Shown here: positions 28,478 to 36,191 of the stretch, one piece after another
Layout of the letters: each line of letters begins with the position of its first letter
How positions within the stretch are numbered: position 1 is the stretch's first letter
From: an uncultured candidate division Zixibacteria bacterium
GTDB lineage: Bacteria; Zixibacteria; MSB-5A5; GN15; FEB-12
Reading direction: 5' to 3'
NCBI GenBank assembly: GCA_963664195.1
Contig: OY760907.1
Coordinates: 3,648,001-3,712,000, forward strand
Length of the DNA stretch: 64,000 nucleotides
Notes under the pieces: generated by a model
What the model saw: only the letters and a program-made list of their open reading frames with translations
The model's database searches: none
Told to the model about the DNA's origin: nothing
Made by a program: the position numbers and the translations under genes

Positions 28478-28686
28478 AGTCGAAAAACACTTCCTCCGTT
28501 GTCAGCAGCGAGGGCCGGTACAATCACAGAACCGTCTGATCTAAGACGCTCGTTCCGTGCTTCTGGTTACACTGAGTCCACAGTAATACTACAATCCGGA
28601 GACAGGTTTGTTTCCGCAATTGCCAGAGAGGCAAAAAAGACCATAGCCAAAAATCTGTCAAGCCAATTCGGAGCGGCTATTCGAAC

Positions 28687-28726
28687 AAAAAGAAGGCGGA
28701 AACCGGGAGGGCTCCGGTCTCCGCCT
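28687..28726 (-). terminator. Intrinsic terminator
   Basis: Minus strand AGGCGGAGACCGG...CCGGTTTCCGCCT followed by TCTTTTT. Confidence 0.75.
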
Positions 28727-28785
28727 GACAATTTGTTGCGATAGGATTGGAAATATCTCGCTGTGAATTTAGGCTACCTTATCGT

Positions 28786-28965
28786 CTACTCTTGCGGGCT
28801 GACTCTGTCACCCACACGAGGAGCTACCAAAGTATGAGAACCTTTCAATATTTTTCCAACCACTGCTGCAAACTTGTTTGGAGTCAGTACCTGCAGGCCG
28901 TACAGGTGCCAGCAGTCCTTCTTGCCGGGGACTGCAAATTTCTCGGCCTCTTTTCGTCTCGGCAT
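28786..28965 (-). CDS. 59-aa small basic protein (below the ORF-track cut-off)
   Basis: GGGGAG RBS, ATG 28965, MPRRKEAEKFAVPGKKDCWHLYGLQVLTPNKFAAVVGKILKGSHTLVAPRVGDRVSPQE, TAG 28786, then a terminator. Confidence 0.5.
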   Translation of the reverse strand: MPRRKEAEKFAVPGKKDCWHLYGLQVLTPNKFAAVVGKILKGSHTLVAPRVGDRVSPQE

Positions 28966-29164
28966 AAATAACTCCCCATTTTTCCGTTTACCGTCTGCAG
29001 CTAGTCATTCTCAAATAACGTCAGAAAGCGGTAAAACAGGGTTGCCTTCAAAAACCGGTATCACCTCCTCGGAGTCGTCAGACGGACCCGATCCGCAGGC
29101 CCGGACAGCTCACTATGGTGTGCTTAGCATACGAAACTCTATAAACTAGGCGTTTGACATACAC

Positions 29165-29491
29165 CTAGCCCGTAAGAATCTTATGTAACTTCTTGATAGC
29201 ACGGTGCTTATATATATTGACGACTTGCTGGGCTATTCCCAGATTTCGAGCAATCTCTCGCTCTTTCATTCCTGCCAGAAAGGCCTTGATAACTTGCTTC
29301 TGGCGGGCCGATAGCGAGTTATTGATATGCCAGTTGAGGCGGCTGCGGAACTTCCCCGGGTTGGCCAGTGGCCTGGACTCTGCCGAAGAAATATGATACG
29401 CTGACCGCTCGTTACCGAACGACTCAAGGATAAGCTTATCCACCGTTACTTCGGCGAAATCAGACTCATTTCGTTTTCCGCTGGCAGGCAT
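29165..29491 (-). CDS. Small sigma70 region-4/LuxR-type HTH protein
   Basis: LSARQKQVI...GMKEREIARNLGIAQQVV.IYKHRAIKKL. Confidence 0.8.
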   Translation of the reverse strand: MPASGKRNESDFAEVTVDKLILESFGNERSAYHISSAESRPLANPGKFRSRLNWHINNSLSARQKQVIKAFLAGMKEREIARNLGIAQQVVNIYKHRAIKKLHKILTG

Positions 29492-30025
29492 CTAGTAATC
29501 CAGTTCGTACATCTCGCGGATTTCGTCCAAACGCTTCACCGTGATCGAGAACCTCTTCGCCGTCTCCTCCCTGATTTCCTCTGATGCTACACGCCGCTCG
29601 TAATCGGACAGGTCGGGTGGGAGTTTCTCGATTTCCTGCTTGTAGAAGGCCAGGATATCTTTGTGGGCCGCCTTTTTCGGGGCACTCTTCTCGGGGACGG
29701 GCGGTGACGCACTTCTCTCATACTTCTCTTGCTTGAGTTGCTCGATCCGCTCCCCCTGGGACTCGATCACGCCCGAAAGCGAATCGGTGACCGAATCGAG
29801 CAGACTGTCGCGCACCGCCAGGGATTCTACTATACTCGAATCCTGCTTCCCGACCAGGCTGGCCAATGAGTCGATCTTGCCCTGCTGCTGCTCAATCTTT
29901 GCCGCACCGACTTTCAGTCCCTCAAGACGAGACGCAGCCTCACGCTCACGATCACGGGATACCTTGACCCAGCTAATCGCGACCAACACAACTATGAGAA
30001 CAATGCCAAGAAGCAGCTTCTTCAT
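29492..30025 (-). CDS. Membrane-anchored coiled-coil hypothetical protein
   Basis: N-terminal hydrophobic helix, helical body, GGAAGGTG RBS; abuts the HTH gene. Confidence 0.7.
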   Translation of the reverse strand: MKKLLLGIVLIVVLVAISWVKVSRDREREAASRLEGLKVGAAKIEQQQGKIDSLASLVGKQDSSIVESLAVRDSLLDSVTDSLSGVIESQGERIEQLKQEKYERSASPPVPEKSAPKKAAHKDILAFYKQEIEKLPPDLSDYERRVASEEIREETAKRFSITVKRLDEIREMYELDY

Positions 30026-30447
30026 TATCTTTCACCTTCCATCCGATGATACTCCGCCTCCTGTTTTCAAGTCAAGTTTGAAGTTTCCGGCCCCGGAGAC
30101 ATTCGGCTGTCCTGTCAAAAGCAGAACAATATCCGTTTTTCGCTTGGTAGATTCGATGCTCTATATTATATTGAATTGACCATGCGAACTGATGCTGTGT
30201 GATTGCAGCCGATGGTGAACCGCAGATTGTGCGTTCGTCGGGCTGGGGCAACCTTACTGTAAGGAACCGGTAAAACGCTGTTTCGGGTTCGCACCTCACC
30301 GGTCGCATCTACACCTAAGCTACTGACGGACAGGACACTACATTTATGGTCGTAGCTTGTGTTTGTAAACCTCACGCCTCACATGTCGCTGAACACATGT
30401 ACGTGTGTTCAATCATTCTGAACCTGTCATAGAGGGAGGAAAACACT

Positions 30448-33400
30448 ATGACTACTGGAAAACACGCGATTCTGATCTTCACACTGATCTTGGCACTGCT
30501 CCTCGCGGCGACTGTGTCGGCCCGACAGGCACACACGGGAAAACGAGCTGATCTTGTTCAGCAACTCTCGCAAATCCCCAGGATGGCGCCGGTCAGAGTT
30601 ACTGACCCGACGCAACTTGACCCGAAACAAGCCGAACTCAATAAACCGCGCTGGATTCCGCTCGGTGCGCCCGTATCGAAACACGTGGGCATCGGCGAGG
30701 TTGTCGATCATACGTACGACGACTACCAGTGGGGCGATGAAGTCAACAAACACGTCGCCGTAGCCCAGGGCACAGGTATGGCGGACATTCATTTCGTCTA
30801 CAGTGATGCTCCGAGCTCCGATTCGGGCACCGTGAGACGCGGCGGATACAACGTCTACGACGCTACCGACGGCTCCTGGCCGCAGACTCAGGATATCGGT
30901 TGCTTGTTGCAGGCTTCTGCTGAGAACGGCGGTGGCTCACCAGGTATCGACGTATTCCCCGACGGTCTTGTTGTCATGACCGCTTTTGACTCGGAAGGTG
31001 AACCAGTCATTGGCGACCACACCTTCTACTATCAGGAGTTCCCGCACGACTGTAACTGGCTGACCAACTACGTGCCGCAGGCGACCTACACCGCCGTCAC
31101 CGGCTGGGCCGATCCGGATTCCACCGGTTTCGCGCTTCCGTCGATAGCCACGCAGATGAACGGTACCGACAGGATCACGCACGTCTTTGGCATAGAAAAC
31201 GGCCGTACCGGTAGTCTAGACGGTGGCCCTTGGGGCGCTATCCAGCTGTTCTATTTCCGCAAAATAGGCAACCTCGAAACCGGTTCCTGGACCAACGGCG
31301 CGCTGATCGACTCATGCATTCTGTTTGGATCGCACAAAATCGTTGCCAACCAGAATACCGGCGACGTTGCCCTGATCTACCATCACCTCTCTGCTACCGG
31401 TATCTCGCAGCAGAACTGGCTGGACAATGACCTGTACCTCCGCGAGTCCTCCAACTACGGAGTGACCTGGGGCCCTAAGACGAATATCACCAGCTTCGTC
31501 CATGACGGAACGGAGATCGCTCCCGACTATTCGTGTTCCTGGGGTGAAGACATCGACGCCGTCTACGACTCGAACAATGACCTGCATGTCGTTTTTACGG
31601 CCATGCCGATCCCGATTGATCCGTACAATGCGGCGACGTTGTTTGAGGAGTGGGGTGACTTCAACGTGGACCTTCTCCACTGGTCACGCACGGTCTCGGG
31701 ACCGAACGCTGGCGGTACAATCGTGAAAGTTGCCGACGGTTCCTACGACCCGACGGAATGGGATGCATTCGACTGGAATGTGTATCATTGCGGATTCGGT
31801 CCGAACGTAACCGACGCCCAGTACATCACCAACCCGCAGATCGCCCAGTGCGGCGATCATCTGTACACTGTCTGGGGACAGATACACAGCAAACTGGGCA
31901 GCTTCGATCCGGAAGTCGACACGACTTTCGCCGATTCTATCAACGGTCACGCTCTGGATTGTCAGGGAGAACGTCTAAACGACAATCGGGCTGACGCCAA
32001 TTGGGAGATATTCGCAAGCGTCTCCACAAGCCTTAACGGTCTCCTCTGGGACCCGGCTCGGAATCTGACGAATACCATTACCGACACCTGCTGGCCGGAT
32101 TCCGGTCGGGAGTGCGGCGACGAATATGCGGTATCCATGTCATCGCGTCCGCTAGAGCAAACCGGCGGCCTGGTCTTCCCCGACAACGAAGTCGTAGCGG
32201 GTGGCGGCACATACTCGGGCGACCACTGGCTCAACCTGACGTACGTCGATGACGAGTATCCGTCTGCGTGGTGGATCGGAGACGATGGCGGCCTTGAGTA
32301 CCCGGCCAGCTTCAATGCTGTGCGATGGATACGCATGGCCTGCTCCGGCCACATCGTCACCAATAGACTTGAAGTCGATGTAGAGAACCTCGATTGGCCG
32401 GACGCATACGTGCTAAACGGATCCTCGCTGGTAATACCGATGACACTCACTACGGTTGGTAACGAGGACATACATGTATCCGACATCCAGTTGGATGAAC
32501 AGGGTGGCGCCACCGGCTGGCTGAACGTCGCTCAGACTTCCCTGACCATTCCGGCGGGACCGGACAATGTTCGCACGGTTGATCTCACTATCGATGCAAC
32601 AGCACTGACAGGTGAGAACTGGCTTGAGGGCACAGTCAACATTGTCTCAGACGCTAACAGTTGCTGGGGTTGTTCCTTCAACTTCCGTCTTCTCGCCGCC
32701 GATGCGGTCGAGGAAATGGCCTTCGATACCGTCGCGACCTCAACCGCCTGGGACTCCAAGGGTGCGCTCGCGCTCGGCGACAATGTCGCACTCGGCGTCA
32801 GCAACTACGGTGAACTCGGTATGAACGGCGAAGGCGGCGTAAACCTCGACTTCACGGTCGACGGCAACGACTGCGACGCAGAAGCGGATGTTTACCTCTT
32901 CTCCGGTTCCCCGTTCCTGCTGGAGAACGACGGCACCGACATCGCGATTACGACTTCTGTCTATCGCGACAATCAAGCCGACGTCTGCTCCTGGGATCCG
33001 TATCCGGAAGTCTCCATGTCCGGCGGTATGATCGGCAGCGCATACTCCTACGTGTCTACCGGCACCATGGTCAACCGCGATACGACAATCGGTCTTTCGC
33101 GGCGTGTCATCGCTCCGCTGAACAATCTCGGCAACCCGAGCTTTGTTGTCGTAGAATCCAAGCTGTACGCCCGCGACGGCATGGCGCACGACGGCGTCAC
33201 GTTCGGCGACGTAATGGATTGGGATGTCCCGTCGGACGACGGCTCTGACAACATCAGCGGCGGCACGACACCGTCCGGCGTCGGTGGTATGTTCCTGTAC
33301 TTGCAGGGATCTGACACGACCGGCCACGACGGCTGCCAGTCCAATACCAATCGGTTCGCCGCTCAGGCTATGCTGGGCTGGTACACAAACGCTGAATACA

Positions 33401-33978
33401 ACAACGATCCCTGTGCCAACAATCTCAACTTCCACGGAGCTCAGGGCGTCAACGTCCGTGACTACTTCGACGATCCCGAAGGTGAATACGAGCCGGACGC
33501 CGATTTGTGGTGGACCACGGTAGGCACCTCTGGCATCACCGGTCAGGGCACGCCAGGGGATCAGGGTACATTCTTCACGTACATCCACGACCAGCTGCTG
33601 GGCGCAACCGATACGCTCACCTTCTACGTCCTCTACACCACTCTCAGAAACGGCGATCTGGACGACCTGAAGGCCAACGTAAAGAACGCCCAAGACTGGT
33701 ACATCGACAACGTCCGCGGCACCTATTGCGGAGGCTGCTGTGTCTGCCCGACCGTCGGTAACGTGGACGGCAGTGCAGATTGCCTGGTGACAATGGGTGA
33801 CTTAACCGTGCTGATTGATCACCTGTTCATCAGCCTGACGCCGCTGGCCTGCGAGGAGGACGGTGACGTAGACTGGTTCTGGACAGATCCGCCCGACGGC
33901 CTGGTGACAATGGGTGACCTTACGGTATTGATCGACGCCCTGTTCATCAGTTTGCAGGACCTCCCGCCCTGTCCGTAG
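30448..33978 (+). CDS. Large secreted acidic protein (BNR/Asp-box-like segment, Ig-like domains) with C-terminal dockerin-like domain
   Basis: GGAGG RBS, signal peptide, SSNYGVTW Asp-box-like motif; C-terminal CCVCPTVGNVDG...TMGDLTVLIDHLFISL duplicated. Confidence 0.85.
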   Translation: MTTGKHAILIFTLILALLLAATVSARQAHTGKRADLVQQLSQIPRMAPVRVTDPTQLDPKQAELNKPRWIPLGAPVSKHVGIGEVVDHTYDDYQWGDEVNKHVAVAQGTGMADIHFVYSDAPSSDSGTVRRGGYNVYDATDGSWPQTQDIGCLLQASAENGGGSPGIDVFPDGLVVMTAFDSEGEPVIGDHTFYYQEFPHDCNWLTNYVPQATYTAVTGWADPDSTGFALPSIATQMNGTDRITHVFGIENGRTGSLDGGPWGAIQLFYFRKIGNLETGSWTNGALIDSCILFGSHKIVANQNTGDVALIYHHLSATGISQQNWLDNDLYLRESSNYGVTWGPKTNITSFVHDGTEIAPDYSCSWGEDIDAVYDSNNDLHVVFTAMPIPIDPYNAATLFEEWGDFNVDLLHWSRTVSGPNAGGTIVKVADGSYDPTEWDAFDWNVYHCGFGPNVTDAQYITNPQIAQCGDHLYTVWGQIHSKLGSFDPEVDTTFADSINGHALDCQGERLNDNRADANWEIFASVSTSLNGLLWDPARNLTNTITDTCWPDSGRECGDEYAVSMSSRPLEQTGGLVFPDNEVVAGGGTYSGDHWLNLTYVDDEYPSAWWIGDDGGLEYPASFNAVRWIRMACSGHIVTNRLEVDVENLDWPDAYVLNGSSLVIPMTLTTVGNEDIHVSDIQLDEQGGATGWLNVAQTSLTIPAGPDNVRTVDLTIDATALTGENWLEGTVNIVSDANSCWGCSFNFRLLAADAVEEMAFDTVATSTAWDSKGALALGDNVALGVSNYGELGMNGEGGVNLDFTVDGNDCDAEADVYLFSGSPFLLENDGTDIAITTSVYRDNQADVCSWDPYPEVSMSGGMIGSAYSYVSTGTMVNRDTTIGLSRRVIAPLNNLGNPSFVVVESKLYARDGMAHDGVTFGDVMDWDVPSDDGSDNISGGTTPSGVGGMFLYLQGSDTTGHDGCQSNTNRFAAQAMLGWYTNAEYNNDPCANNLNFHGAQGVNVRDYFDDPEGEYEPDADLWWTTVGTSGITGQGTPGDQGTFFTYIHDQLLGATDTLTFYVLYTTLRNGDLDDLKANVKNAQDWYIDNVRGTYCGGCCVCPTVGNVDGSADCLVTMGDLTVLIDHLFISLTPLACEEDGDVDWFWTDPPDGLVTMGDLTVLIDALFISLQDLPPCP

Positions 33979-34002
33979 ACGACTGATCTGACTTGTCATT
34001 CC

Positions 34003-34035
34003 ACAGCCCCGGCGCTTCCGCGTCGGGGCTGTTTT
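34003..34035 (+). terminator. Intrinsic terminator
   Basis: ACAGCCCCGGCGC-TTCC-GCGTCGGGGCTGT followed by TTT. Confidence 0.8.
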
Positions 34036-34059
34036 CATTTATGAGTGTGATGTGAGTTT

Positions 34060-35076
34060 CTACTCTTCGACCGTCTCGGCCGCGTCGTCTTCAAGCTGAG
34101 TCAACGACAGGTGCGCCTTGCGCAGGTAGTAGAAACCGAGTAGCGTGACCGGAATGTACTGCGCCGCGTGCAATACTAGAGAAAACGAAACTGCCTGCTC
34201 CTGGCCGATCCCGTACTGCATCAGCGAGTAGGTCGCACCCCAATGAAACACGCCGACAAACCCCGGCGATGACGGTACCAATATGGAGATCGACACCACG
34301 ACCAGCAGGAAGAACGACGCCTCAAGCGGCAGATCAAAACCAAAAGCGATAAACACAAAGTAATTCGAGAGGCCCATAACGAGCCAGATGAACACCGTCT
34401 GGAATCCCACCGCAGCGACCATTTTGCCCTGAGTGAGGAACTCCAGTCCCCGCGAGAATTTCAGGGTAATTCCGCGTATCATCTCTCGTGCTCGTTCAGG
34501 CAGGAACTTGAGATATCGACTGATTATCTCCCCCGCCTGGTCCGGCTTGATCGCCAGCCAAATCACAAAGGCCAGACCGACCAGAGCCACGCCGATCGCA
34601 GAATATATCCCGGCCTTCATGTGATCGGTGATATGAACCGATGTAATCGTGACAATCACGCCGAAAATCAACAGCAGAGCCACCAGGTCAAAAACCATTC
34701 GTTCCACAAAAATCGTTGCCAGCGAAGACGACTTGCTGATCTCTTTGTCCTGATACGCCAGCGAGTACGCGCGGGCAAGTTCACCCAGACGCAACGGCAG
34801 AACGTTGTTGGCCATAAACCCGATGCAGGTCGCTGCCGAGAGAGTCGAGAAATCCACCCGTTTGATAGGCAGCATCATGAACGACCAGCGATAAGCCCGC
34901 ATATACATCGACACAACAATCAAGAGGACATTCGGCAATAACCAGTAGTAATTCGCCCCTTTGAGCGCGTCGGCAAGCTCTGTGAAGTCGATCTCACGGA
35001 ACAACGCCCACATCAGAACGACCGAAACCGCCAACCCGAGCATCGTGGAAATGAGTCTGCGCCGTCCGCCTGTCAC
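34060..35076 (-). CDS. Lysylphosphatidylglycerol-synthase-TM (UPF0104) flippase-like protein
   Basis: RAYRW, GFMANNVLPLRLGELARAY, VERMVFD, PSSPGFVGVF. Confidence 0.85.
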   Translation of the reverse strand: MTGGRRRLISTMLGLAVSVVLMWALFREIDFTELADALKGANYYWLLPNVLLIVVSMYMRAYRWSFMMLPIKRVDFSTLSAATCIGFMANNVLPLRLGELARAYSLAYQDKEISKSSSLATIFVERMVFDLVALLLIFGVIVTITSVHITDHMKAGIYSAIGVALVGLAFVIWLAIKPDQAGEIISRYLKFLPERAREMIRGITLKFSRGLEFLTQGKMVAAVGFQTVFIWLVMGLSNYFVFIAFGFDLPLEASFFLLVVVSISILVPSSPGFVGVFHWGATYSLMQYGIGQEQAVSFSLVLHAAQYIPVTLLGFYYLRKAHLSLTQLEDDAAETVEE

Positions 35077-36191
35077 TTGCTATCCTCCCCGACTATTTCG
35101 AGCAGCAGATTCTCGAACTTCTTTGCCGCTTTATCCCAGTTGAACCCCTCAGCCCACTTGAGTCCCCCCTGTTCAATCTTTTGGCGAAGCGCGTCATCTT
35201 CCAACAGCCGGCATAGCCGATCCGCCAGAGCCTCAACATCACCGTACGGATACAGAAAACCGGACACACCGTCGCTGACGGAATCCCGCAACCCCGGTGA
35301 ATTCGCCGCGACGACCGCCGTACCGACCGAGTTCGATTCGATGTTCGTCAGTCCCCAGCCCTCTTTCGGCGACGGCAACACGGCCACGTGCGAACGCCGC
35401 ATTCGCTCGACCTTCTCCGCAAACGACACAAACCCCGGAAATTCTACGTCGTCGGCAAGCCCCATCAATTCCGCCTGCGCCCTCAGCGGCTCCAGGTGGT
35501 CACCCGCTCCCACAACGGCAAGCCTTGCATCCGGCACACGTTCCTTGACAATCTTCAGCGCCGAGATCAGATGCTGTACGGATTTGTATTTCTTGATCCT
35601 CCCCAGGTACAAAATCGTCGGGCGCTCGTATTTCTTGACCGAAGGATCATAAGCGTAAGCCTCACGGTCAATCCCGCAATGAATCACCGACACGTCATCT
35701 TCTGGAACCCCACGCGCCACAATGTCCTCGGCGGTTGATTCGGAGATCACATTGAACTTGCGTCCGCGATACATCGGCACCAGCGGCTTTTCCGCCAGAT
35801 ACACATAACTGGCGAGAACGATATTGACCTCCTGAAACACGGTCGTTGCAAATAAGTGCGGAATCACCACCAGAGTTTTCAGCTTAAGAAAAAGCGGCGT
35901 GTAGAACGGAATCTTATTGATGTCTTCAACCAATACATCGAATTGCTCACTGCTTACGATCTTCCTCAAATGGAACGGCGCGATCAGATTGAAATTGTAC
36001 CTGTTCCCCCGCCTGATGATCCGCACGCCCTGAATCGTCTCCTCGGGCGCACAGCCCTTCCAACCGGAGCAGAACAGCGTGACCTCGTGGCCGTAGCTCA
36101 CCAAACGTCGCAGCAATTCTTCGAGATGAACCTCTGCCCCGCCGCCAAACGGGTTCGTGAGGTCATTCCAGTTGAGCGCAAGAACCCTCAC
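35073..36191 (-). CDS. Glycosyltransferase family 4
   Basis: GGAEVH, YLGRIKKYK, PSPKEGWGLTNIES (ExxxxxxxE). Confidence 0.9.
   Translation of the reverse strand: MRVLALNWNDLTNPFGGGAEVHLEELLRRLVSYGHEVTLFCSGWKGCAPEETIQGVRIIRRGNRYNFNLIAPFHLRKIVSSEQFDVLVEDINKIPFYTPLFLKLKTLVVIPHLFATTVFQEVNIVLASYVYLAEKPLVPMYRGRKFNVISESTAEDIVARGVPEDDVSVIHCGIDREAYAYDPSVKKYERPTILYLGRIKKYKSVQHLISALKIVKERVPDARLAVVGAGDHLEPLRAQAELMGLADDVEFPGFVSFAEKVERMRRSHVAVLPSPKEGWGLTNIESNSVGTAVVAANSPGLRDSVSDGVSGFLYPYGDVEALADRLCRLLEDDALRQKIEQGGLKWAEGFNWDKAAKKFENLLLEIVGEDSK

Noticed and set aside
33783..33918. 19-bp direct repeat as a DGR or recombination signal
   Set aside because: Explained by the duplicated dockerin half-sites; there is no reverse transcriptase nearby.
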